In this document: positions 18,887 to 26,681 of the stretch, one piece after another
Position numbering within the stretch: position 1 is the first letter of the stretch
Layout of the letters: every line of letters begins with the position of its first letter
DNA from: Candidatus Omnitrophota bacterium
Lineage (GTDB): Bacteria; Omnitrophota; Gorgyraeia; Pluralincolimonadales; Pluralincolimonadaceae
Length of the DNA: 64,000 nt
Direction: 5' to 3'
NCBI GenBank assembly: GCA_003141835.1
Contig: PLNR01000009.1
Span: forward strand, 136,307 to 200,306
Notes under the pieces: model-generated
What the model was told of the DNA's origin: nothing
Seen by the model: only the letters and a program-made list of their open reading frames with translations
Databases searched by the model: none
Made by a program: the position numbers and the translations under genes

Positions 18887-19351
18887 GAGACGTTAAATTT
18901 CGCGGCGGCAAATTCATTGCTTGGAAAACGAGGGTCTTTTTCCCCTCATCGCATGGAAAGACTCGAGCGGGCATGGATCCCGAGCGAAGCGAGGGAGAGC
19001 GAGAGTATTTCAAGCGGCGCGGGCCTCGCAGGGGCCCGCAAGCGCGCGATGAGGGGAAAAGAACCCGAGTTTTATGCAGCTGTGAATTTGCGGTCGAATT
19101 TAGGCGGGTATTGTGTGTGGTTAATTATGCGGGGTTAACGACGGGTATGTGATGCGTGGAAGAGTAGGTTAACACTTGGGATAATAACGATGGCCATTAA
19201 AGATGACGCAAAATACAATCCGGCGTCATTAAAACTGGCTGACAACACAGCTCCTAATAAAAATGCGCCTAATACAACCTGCAGCAGTCCTTTTAGTCCA
19301 TGCATACATATTAAACAATATGAATTTTTCTGATAGGAGTTCATCAAATCC

Positions 19352-20449
19352 TTACCGCCCTGAAAAGGGCGTGCCGCGTTCGGTGCGTTTGATGCCTTTG
19401 AGGGCGAGCTCGAGGATCGCTTCGGAATCGCAGAACCTCCTGGCGTCCTCCACCGAGATCTTCTTCTCGAGGAAGAATTTGGCCAGGCACTGGTCGAATG
19501 TCTGCATCCCGAAGAGGTTGCCTTCCTCGATATAGTGCAGGAGCTCATTCGTCTTTCCCTCCCTGATGAGGGCTGAGATGGTCGGGGTGAGCAGCATTAT
19601 CTCGCAGGCCGGGATCCTGCCTTTTCCGTCCTTGATAGGTACGAGCCTCTGCGCGATGACTCCTTTGAGGAGTAATGACAGCTGCATCCTTATCTCTTCG
19701 TGCTGGTAAGGCGGATAAAAATTGACTATCCTTTCGACTGTCTGGGTCGCGTTCACCGAATGTATTGTCGATACGACCAGCTGGCCGGTCTCGGCAGCGT
19801 TCATCGCCGCGGTCATCGTCTCCTGGTCGCGGATATTCCCGATAAAGATGACGTCAGGGCTCTGGTACATGACATGCTTTAGCGCGTCGAGATAGGACGG
19901 AGTGTCGATCCCGAGCTCCCTCTGCTCTATCAACGACTTCTTATCGGTAAATGTGAACTCGATGGGATCTTCTATAGTGACGATATGGCTTGGGAGGTTC
20001 TGGTTGATGTATTCGATGATGCTCGCGATCGTGGTCGACTTGCCGCTTCCGGTGGCGCCGGTGACAAGGATCAACCCGCGCTTCTCGACTGAAAGTTTCG
20101 TCAAGACCTTAGAAGGCAGGTTAAGTTCATCGAAAGCCTGGATCTTGCCTTTGATATGACGGAAGACCGCTCCGGGCATCCCGTCCTGATGGAATATGCT
20201 GCCCCTGAACCTGCCGATCCCCTCGACGTTTATCGCGAAATCTATCTCGCGCAAGTCCTCGAAGACCTTCTTCTGGCCCTCATCCAATACCTCATCGATC
20301 ATCTTCATCAGGTCTTTTTCGCCGAGCGGGTCCTTGTCCTGCGGCTTGAGCAGGCCGTCTATCCTGAAATTAACAGAGCTCCCGACCTTGAAGAAGATAT
20401 CGGAAGCCCCGGAATCTACCATCGACCTGAAAATTGTCTTTATATCCAT
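19352..20449 (-). CDS. pilT: type IV pilus retraction ATPase PilT/PilU family
   Basis: 365 aa with a Walker A motif (GPTGSGKST) and PilT-family sequence throughout. Confidence 0.85.
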   Translation of the reverse strand: MDIKTIFRSMVDSGASDIFFKVGSSVNFRIDGLLKPQDKDPLGEKDLMKMIDEVLDEGQKKVFEDLREIDFAINVEGIGRFRGSIFHQDGMPGAVFRHIKGKIQAFDELNLPSKVLTKLSVEKRGLILVTGATGSGKSTTIASIIEYINQNLPSHIVTIEDPIEFTFTDKKSLIEQRELGIDTPSYLDALKHVMYQSPDVIFIGNIRDQETMTAAMNAAETGQLVVSTIHSVNATQTVERIVNFYPPYQHEEIRMQLSLLLKGVIAQRLVPIKDGKGRIPACEIMLLTPTISALIREGKTNELLHYIEEGNLFGMQTFDQCLAKFFLEKKISVEDARRFCDSEAILELALKGIKRTERGTPFSGR

Positions 20450-20470
20450 ATAGGCCCTTTTCGGAAGACC

Positions 20471-20848
20471 TTAAACTGCTTTATCCTTGTTCTGCTCGAC
20501 GTATTCTTTTATCCTGTCGAGGAACGCCTTATCTATATCGACGAATTTTATTCCCAGCCGGTATTTGCCGTCTTTCATAGGGCGGCAATAACATATCTCG
20601 CCTTTTATCCTGGCCGGTTTCCCGGTACTTAATGCCGACGCGTCCATATCGATCATCAGCGCGGCGCCCTTGGGAAGGAATATCGGGGAGACCGCCCCGA
20701 TGCCGACGGCGCTTATATCCGCTATCACGGCCTTCTGGGGCTCGCGAAGGAACCTGGCGATCCCCTTCCCGCCCGTATCAACATCGACCGTGAGAGTCGC
20801 GTTTATGCTTACGCGCGCGCCGGCGCGGCTTTCCATCCCCATCGGCAT
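20471..20848 (-). CDS. PilZ domain protein (putative c-di-GMP receptor)
   Basis: Contains RAGAR (RxxxR) and DISAVGIG (DxSxxG-like) motifs. The longest ORF's 5' extension (to 20929) overlaps the RNase P RNA 3' end, so the start is placed at an internal ATG with a GAAAGGGA ribosome-binding site. Confidence 0.6.
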   Translation of the reverse strand: MPMGMESRAGARVSINATLTVDVDTGGKGIARFLREPQKAVIADISAVGIGAVSPIFLPKGAALMIDMDASALSTGKPARIKGEICYCRPMKDGKYRLGIKFVDIDKAFLDRIKEYVEQNKDKAV

Positions 20849-20865
20849 TTCCCTTTCAAAAAAAT

Positions 20866-21275
20866 CGGGCAAGCCTGTAAGCCGAGTTTTGTCCCCTTGC
20901 GTTCTAACGCAAGGATGACGGCCATCCATCTAGACCCGGCGTCGCCGCCGGGCTCAAGCGGCCAACCCGCGCATCCGCCCCTTGCGGGGACCGGGGCGAG
21001 CAGCCCCGAAAGATACGCCTATTTGGCCTTGCTCCGCGTAGAGATTGCCGCGTTTCACTTCTTCCCGGCGTTAAGGCCGTCTGGCCCCCCGCCTGAGATT
21101 GTTCGTCACTGTGGCTCTCCCGAATTGAATTGAATCGCATCGGGATCCCGCTGCTATCGATAGCCCGCGGGATGATCCTACTCTTACGAGTGACGGGTAT
21201 TACCCGCTACGCTGCTCTATGGAGCTCGGACTTTCCTCCCCCGTTTCCGGGAGCGGCCATCCGGCTTGCCCAAAT
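20866..21275 (-). ncRNA. rnpB: RNase P RNA, bacterial type A
   Basis: The minus strand contains GGAAAGTCCGAGCTCCATAGAGCAG, AGTGAAA, CGGAGCAAGGCCAAATAGG, CTTGAGCC, CTAGATGGATGGC and ACAAAACTCGGCTTAC. The P1 helix pairs GGGCAAGCC with GGCTTGCCC and is followed by GATTTTTTT. Confidence 0.9.
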
Positions 21276-21283
21276 CCGTTATT

Positions 21284-21697
21284 CTAAAAGAGCGATTCCT
21301 GCCCTATCGCCTTATTCGCCAATTTATCCGCCCCTTTATTCTCGGAGCGGTCTATATGCCTAATCTCGTATTTATCAAACCCGCCCAACAGATGCATGAT
21401 CTGCCTGTAAAGCATCTTGAGGGTAGCGTCCTTTATCTTATATTCCTTTTTCAACTGCTTCGCGAGAAGCTCCGAGTCCGTATTAATTATAACCTCGCCG
21501 GCCCTCAAAATCAAGGCCTCCTGGAGGCCGTATATCAGCGCCATGTATTCCGCGACGTTATTCGTCGTCTCGCCGATATATTCCGAGACATTCCCTACAG
21601 TCTCGCCTTTATCGTTAATGATGACCGCGCCCACGCCGGACGGCCCGGGGTTGCCGTGGCAAGCGCCGTCGGTAAATATGGTCAGCCGCTTACGCAT
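21284..21697 (-). CDS. rnhA: ribonuclease HI
   Basis: 137 aa with FTDGACHGNPGPSGVGAV and the RNase H catalytic residues. Confidence 0.9.
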   Translation of the reverse strand: MRKRLTIFTDGACHGNPGPSGVGAVIINDKGETVGNVSEYIGETTNNVAEYMALIYGLQEALILRAGEVIINTDSELLAKQLKKEYKIKDATLKMLYRQIMHLLGGFDKYEIRHIDRSENKGADKLANKAIGQESLF

Positions 21698-22421
21698 CTT
21701 CCTCGTTCTCGATATAAAGGATCCGCGCGCAGCTATCGCAGGTGACTATCTTGTCCTTCATCTTGATCTCGTTTATGACCTGCGGCGGTAGGTTCATAAA
21801 ACAGCCTTGGCACGACTTCCCCTTCACCGGGGAGAGCGCGACACCATCCTTGCCGGCGAGGACCTTCTCGTAATGGGTAAGTATTTTTTTGTCGACCAGC
21901 ACGGTTATTTCATTGCGCTGCGCCTCGAGGGTAGAGATCTCTCCGTCGAGCAACGCCATCTCCGCCTCTATCTTCTTTTTGTCCTCGTTCAAGTGTTTCT
22001 CGGCGTCGGCGAAAAGTTCTTTTTCCTTCGCCATCTCCTTGTTCAGGTCCTCAGCTTCTTGCATCAACACCAGTATCTCATCCTCGATGCGCGAGTTGTC
22101 GGCCTTCTGCCCTTCGATCTCATGCTGCATCGTCTGGTATTCTTTGTTGGTCTTTAACTGGTAGAGCTGGGCCTGGAATTTCTTTATGCTGTCTTCTTTA
22201 GTCGAGAGATCGAGCTCGCGCTGCTTGCGTTTGACCTGGCTGGCCTTGATCTTCTCCTCAAGCGCCTTTACCGCGGCCTGCTCCTCGTTGCGGCGGACCT
22301 CCAAGTCCTGTATCAATTTCGGCTTGGACTGCCTCTCCCGGCGCAGGCCGTAGAGCCTGCTGTCGAGGGCCTGCAATTTGATGAGATGAACGAGCTCTTC
22401 TTCGACGTTTACCTTCTGCAT
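21690..22421 (-). CDS. zinc-ribbon and coiled-coil protein (COG1579 family)
   Basis: 243 aa with a long coiled coil and C-terminal CQGC...CDSC. COG1579 proteins are commonly paired with rnhA. Confidence 0.7.
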   Translation of the reverse strand: MQKVNVEEELVHLIKLQALDSRLYGLRRERQSKPKLIQDLEVRRNEEQAAVKALEEKIKASQVKRKQRELDLSTKEDSIKKFQAQLYQLKTNKEYQTMQHEIEGQKADNSRIEDEILVLMQEAEDLNKEMAKEKELFADAEKHLNEDKKKIEAEMALLDGEISTLEAQRNEITVLVDKKILTHYEKVLAGKDGVALSPVKGKSCQGCFMNLPPQVINEIKMKDKIVTCDSCARILYIENEEDA

Positions 22422-22451
22422 ACGGCCTTTCTGCGTTCGGTAAAGCGGCTA

Positions 22452-22528
22452 TGGTGGGCGATAAAGGATTCGAACCTTTGACCTCCACAATGTGAATGTG
22501 GCGCTCTAACCAACTGAGCCAATCGCCC
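22452..22528 (-). tRNA. tRNA-Val (anticodon CAC)
   Basis: GGGCGAUUGGCUCAGUUGGUUAGAGCGCCACAUUCACAUUGUGGAGGUCAAAGGUUCGAAUCCUUUAUCGCCCACCA. The cloverleaf has 7/4/5/5-bp stems and the CCA end is encoded. Confidence 0.9.
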
Positions 22529-22542
22529 GTCTATAGCTCACT

Positions 22543-22619
22543 GGTGGACAAATGGTGGGCCCAATAGGACTTGAACCTATGACCCGCTGATTATGAGTCA
22601 GCTGCTCTAACCAACTGAG
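22543..22619 (-). tRNA. tRNA with CAU anticodon (elongator Met or Ile2-lysidine)
   Basis: GGGCCCAUAGCUCAGUUGGUUAGAGCAGCUGACUCAUAAUCAGCGGGUCAUAGGUUCAAGUCCUAUUGGGCCCACCA. Positions 1 and 72 are paired and there is no GGG/CCC anticodon stem, so this is not an initiator tRNA. Confidence 0.85.
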
Positions 22620-22633
22620 CTATGGGCCCTTAG

Positions 22634-22714
22634 TTTACTCCCTGGCCCAATCCCAGCGAAGCGCGGGATGGGCCCTTGCTAACAGTATTCGATGCCCTAT
22701 CCCAGCGATGCGCG
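22634..22714. repeat. two tandem ~31-nt palindromic hairpin units spaced 50 nt apart
   Basis: GGCCCAATCCCAGCGAAGCGCGGGATGGGCCC and GCCCTATCCCAGCGATGCGCGGGATGGGCCC. Confidence 0.6.
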
Positions 22715-22802
22715 GGATGGGCCCTCTCATAGAAAGCGAAATAGCATCATACTATTTTAGGGCTGTTTTAGCAAGCCAAAAATGACGGAAAAACCGCCAA
22801 AT

Positions 22803-24335
22803 TTAGTGGATCACCGGTCCGGGCACATCATGCCTCGGCCGCTTGAGCAGGAAGACGAGCGGGACGACGCATATCATCATAATTGAAGCCACGTGGAAAG
22901 CATCGTTAAAAGAAAACAGGTTCGCCTGCCTCATCAGCTGCTGGAATATGAGGCCGTTTGCCGCGTGTTCGGAGACAGGCCCGGCCTTCGCCCCGAGGAC
23001 GCTCATCGCCTTATTGAGGCCCAGCTGGTAATGCGTGTCGTAAGGATTGAGCTGCTCGGATAAGCGCGCCTGGTGGAACTGCGCCCTCCTGGCCAGGATA
23101 GTGGTCATTATCGCGACGCCGAAACTGCCGGCGATGTTCCTTATCAGGCTGAATATACTGGTGGCGTTGGCCATCTCTTCCTTCTTGATGGTCGCGAAGG
23201 CCATAGTCATCAACGGGACCATTATCATACCCATCCCTACCCCCATGACTATGCGCGACCAGGCGATGATATCATAATCTACGGACAGGTTGAACCGCGT
23301 CATCATGAACATGGAATAAGCCATTATGACGATCCCGCAGATGAGGATCGCCTTCGGATTGATCCGGGTGAGCGACAGCCCTACCAGCGGCATAATTAAT
23401 ACCGTGGCCACACCTCCGGGCGCGAGGACCATTCCGGCCAGAAAAGCGGTATACCCCATAAGCTCCTGCACAAATATCGGCAATATGACGATGCTCCCGA
23501 ATAGCGCAAAGAATGCGATGAGCTGTATCACGTTAGCGCTCGCGAAAGCGACGTTCTCGAGCGCCCTTAGGTTTAATATGGGATCTCGTGTCCTTAGTTC
23601 GACTATTATGAACGCGATGAGGGCGACGGCTGATATTATGGCAAGCCTTATGATGAAGGCCGAGGAGAACCAATCCTCACGCTGTCCTTTATCAAGTACG
23701 ACCTGGAGGCATCCTATACCTACGACTATGAGGCCAAGCCCCCAGTAATCTATCTTTTCCCTTATATTAACTCTCCTGAGGTACGGCGGGTCGACGATGA
23801 AGAACATCGTCATTATGATGGAGATCAGCCCTATCGGGATGTTTATGTAAAATATCCACGGCCATGACCAGTTATCGGTTATCCATCCTCCTAGGAGAGG
23901 CCCTATGATCGGGCCGAAGAGAACGCCTATGCCGTAGACCGCCATCGCTATGCCGTGTTTAGCCGGCGGGAACGTTTCCAGAAGTATCGCCTGCGAAAGC
24001 GGCTGGAGCCCGCCGCCTCCTATCCCCTGGAGTATCCTGTAAAAAATAAGCGCGGAAAGGCTGTGCGCGCTCCCGCACAAAAAAGAGCTGAAGGTAAATA
24101 AACCGACCGATAACATCAGGTAGCGCTTCCTGCCGACGAGCCGGCTCAACCAGCCGGTCATCGGGATTATTATGGCGTTCGCGACCAGGTAGGCGGTGAT
24201 CGTCCACGTCGCCTCATCGATCCCTGCCGAAAGGCTTCCCCTGATATGGTTGAGCGAGACGTTCACTACGGAAGTATCAATGACCTCGAGAAGTGTCGGG
24301 AGGATGACCGTTAAAGCGATGATCCATCTGCTCAT
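22803..24335 (-). CDS. MFS drug efflux transporter, DHA2 (EmrB/QacA-like, 14 TMS)
   Basis: A polytopic MFS protein. The start is set at the MSRW ATG, which overlaps the HlyD stop (ATGA); the longest ORF extends to 24395. Confidence 0.8.
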   Translation of the reverse strand: MSRWIIALTVILPTLLEVIDTSVVNVSLNHIRGSLSAGIDEATWTITAYLVANAIIIPMTGWLSRLVGRKRYLMLSVGLFTFSSFLCGSAHSLSALIFYRILQGIGGGGLQPLSQAILLETFPPAKHGIAMAVYGIGVLFGPIIGPLLGGWITDNWSWPWIFYINIPIGLISIIMTMFFIVDPPYLRRVNIREKIDYWGLGLIVVGIGCLQVVLDKGQREDWFSSAFIIRLAIISAVALIAFIIVELRTRDPILNLRALENVAFASANVIQLIAFFALFGSIVILPIFVQELMGYTAFLAGMVLAPGGVATVLIMPLVGLSLTRINPKAILICGIVIMAYSMFMMTRFNLSVDYDIIAWSRIVMGVGMGMIMVPLMTMAFATIKKEEMANATSIFSLIRNIAGSFGVAIMTTILARRAQFHQARLSEQLNPYDTHYQLGLNKAMSVLGAKAGPVSEHAANGLIFQQLMRQANLFSFNDAFHVASIMMICVVPLVFLLKRPRHDVPGPVIH

Positions 24336-25321
24336 TTGGTGAGGATGGTCGGTATGCAGGACATTCCGACGCGCAATTGGCGGTTCGCGCCCCAATCTTT
24401 GTCGAAGGTTATCTTCACGGGAACCCTTTGGACCACCTTGACATAATTGCCCAATGCGTTTTCAGCCGGGAAGAGCGAGAACGCCGCGCCTGTCCCTGCC
24501 ATGATGCTGTCGACCTTGCCCTTGAATACTTTACCGGGATAGGTATCTACCAATATCGTGACATCTTGCCCGGCTTTGACTCTTTCAAGCTGCGTCTCTT
24601 TATAGTTCGCGATGAGCCAGATGTCGCCGAGGTCCACGACCGCCATGAGCGGCTGGCCCGCCTGCACCTGGTTACCGGCCTCGACGGACCTTCTTGTCAC
24701 ATACCCGTCCGAACTCGAATATAATTTGGTATAACTCAGGTTAAGCTGGTTTATATCCAAAGTCGCCTGCTTCTGTTTGATGAGCGATCCCTCGAGGTCC
24801 CTGACCGCCTTCGCCTTCGAAAGCTGTTCCTCGGCCGCCACTAACTGCGCCTTGGCGAGCTCGAGCGCGGTCGTGATCTTCTCATGGCGTTCTTTTGTTA
24901 TGACTTCCTTCTGGAAAAGTTTCTCGCCGCGGTCCATGTCCAACTGGGCCTGGTTAAGGGTCACCTGCTGGATGGCGAGGTTCGCCGCCGCGGTCCTTAT
25001 CCCGGCCTCGGCGTCTGCGAGCCGCGACTTCTCGGCCTCGACCGCGGAATTGGCTTCCTTCACCTTGAGTTCGTAATCCGCAGGGTCGAGCTCGATGAGC
25101 AGGTCGCCTTTTTTGACGTCCTGGTTATCGTCGACATGCAGCTTCAGGACAGTCCCCGGGACTTTGAACGCGACCTGGTGGACGCGGCCGTCGATATAAG
25201 CGTCATCGGTCATTACGCGCCCAAAGCTGGTCACCATATGGATGACGCCAAGTATTATCCCTATCGCCGCGACGGCCAGTATCACGAAGATCAATTTGTG
25301 TTTCCTGTTATTGTCCGCCAT
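24332..25321 (-). CDS. HlyD/EmrA-family membrane fusion protein
   Basis: 329 aa with an N-terminal transmembrane segment, a coiled coil and a biotinyl/lipoyl-like beta domain. Confidence 0.85.
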   Translation of the reverse strand: MADNNRKHKLIFVILAVAAIGIILGVIHMVTSFGRVMTDDAYIDGRVHQVAFKVPGTVLKLHVDDNQDVKKGDLLIELDPADYELKVKEANSAVEAEKSRLADAEAGIRTAAANLAIQQVTLNQAQLDMDRGEKLFQKEVITKERHEKITTALELAKAQLVAAEEQLSKAKAVRDLEGSLIKQKQATLDINQLNLSYTKLYSSSDGYVTRRSVEAGNQVQAGQPLMAVVDLGDIWLIANYKETQLERVKAGQDVTILVDTYPGKVFKGKVDSIMAGTGAAFSLFPAENALGNYVKVVQRVPVKITFDKDWGANRQLRVGMSCIPTILTK

Positions 25322-26648
25322 TCCGGGTATTCTCCATTTTTTCGTATATCATCGCCATGTCTATGCCCATCGAATACATCAGCCTCGCGTAACTCCTCTT
25401 GAGTTCGTAATCGGCCCTGTAATAGTTCGTCTGGGCGTTCTTCTGCATCGTTATCGAATCGAGCACTTCGGTGGAAGTGGCGCTGCCGCCGGTGTACTTT
25501 TCGCGGTAGAGCCGGACGTTCTCCTCGGCCTGCGCGACCGCCGCTTTGGTGACTTTCACTTTTTCGGAGGCGTCATTAAGGCCGTTGAAGCTGTCCTTGA
25601 CTTCGAGCTTGACGTCATCGACCAGTTTCTTCCTCTCCTCCTCAAGCTGCGCGCGCCTGACTCGCTCCCTGTCGGCCTCGGCCTTGGCAAGCCCGCCGTC
25701 GAAGGCATTGACCTTGACGCCTAGGGTGAATGCCATCGCGTCGTCGTGGACCATATACCTGTTCTGCGTCATGGAATATCCGCCGTCGGCGAAGAGCTCG
25801 GGGTAATTCTTCGCACGCTTGCTCTTCTCGAAGAGCGATGTCGCCCTTATCTGGTCGTCGACCATCTTTATCTCCGGCCTCTGCTCTTCCGCGGTCCTGA
25901 AAGAATAACCCAGCGCCGGTATCTCCGGAGGCGCCATATCGAATTCGCTGACCGCAATGGGTTCCTCCAGCGGTATTACGAGGATATTGCACAATTTTGC
26001 CGCGACATTGTCCCTGAGGTTGCGCATGGTGATGAGCCTCTGCTGCGCGTCTGAGAGCCTTACTTCCGCGGATAGGAGGTCGTTCTTTACCGCGGCGCCC
26101 TCGTCATACATCGTCCGGACGTCCTTCAGATAGGAAGATATGCCGTCGATCTCGCTCTGGTTCACCGCGATCATCTTCTCCGCGTCAAGGAGGTCGAAAT
26201 ATGTGATGATGAACTCGAGCACGGCGATGTTCTTTATCCTGCCTATATCCGTCACACTGGAATCCAGCAGGGCCTTTGAGGCCTTATAATTATAATAATT
26301 CTTCCCGAAATCGAAGATGGTCTGGTATACGTCAGCGCCGAGCGAGAAGAAATTCCTTTGGGACGTGTTCACCGCCATCGCCCCGAATTTCGCGGTCGGC
26401 TGGTGGCTCAGGAACGTCTCGCTAAACGACGCGTTGACCTGGGGCAAGAGCGGCGAACGGGCCATCGAGACCTCCTGCGCCGAGATCTCCTTGTTCGATT
26501 CCGAGATCTTCACGAGGTGGCTCTCCTCAAGGACCTTCTTTATCCCGTCGCGGATAGTTATCAGCCGCGGCGCGCCTGTCACATCGGCAACGGCTATGGG
26601 AAGGGCCAATAAAAATATAACATATATTGCGAAAATTCTCTTCATCAT
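25308..26648 (-). CDS. TolC-family outer membrane efflux protein
   Basis: 446 aa with a signal peptide and duplicated TolC coiled-coil repeats. Confidence 0.8.
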   Translation of the reverse strand: MMKRIFAIYVIFLLALPIAVADVTGAPRLITIRDGIKKVLEESHLVKISESNKEISAQEVSMARSPLLPQVNASFSETFLSHQPTAKFGAMAVNTSQRNFFSLGADVYQTIFDFGKNYYNYKASKALLDSSVTDIGRIKNIAVLEFIITYFDLLDAEKMIAVNQSEIDGISSYLKDVRTMYDEGAAVKNDLLSAEVRLSDAQQRLITMRNLRDNVAAKLCNILVIPLEEPIAVSEFDMAPPEIPALGYSFRTAEEQRPEIKMVDDQIRATSLFEKSKRAKNYPELFADGGYSMTQNRYMVHDDAMAFTLGVKVNAFDGGLAKAEADRERVRRAQLEEERKKLVDDVKLEVKDSFNGLNDASEKVKVTKAAVAQAEENVRLYREKYTGGSATSTEVLDSITMQKNAQTNYYRADYELKRSYARLMYSMGIDMAMIYEKMENTRNGGQ

Positions 26649-26681
26649 TACGTATATTATTCCACATTTGGTGCCTGTTTG

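Noticed and set aside
18626-19138. Two small plus-strand ORFs (61 aa and 73 aa) in the mraZ upstream region.
   Set aside because: They have no ribosome-binding site and a composition typical of non-coding sequence. The region is better explained by the promoter, repeat element and hairpins.
19135-19548. A 137-aa minus-strand ORF spanning the end of pilT.
   Set aside because: Its upstream part is out of frame with, and overlaps, the pilT C-terminus. Only the distal hydrophobic tail could be real, so it is listed as a low-priority finding rather than a feature.
20849-20929. A 5' extension of the PilZ ORF (MDGRHPCVRTQGDKTRLTGLPDFFERE).
   Set aside because: It overlaps the 3' P1 helix and U-tract of RNase P RNA. 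An internal ATG with a ribosome-binding site immediately after the RNA is the more plausible start.
22258-22488. A 76-aa minus-strand ORF overlapping the tRNA-Val and zinc-ribbon gene region.
   Set aside because: It overlaps a well-folding tRNA and the N-terminus of the COG1579 gene, and is Arg/Gly/Ala-rich with low complexity.
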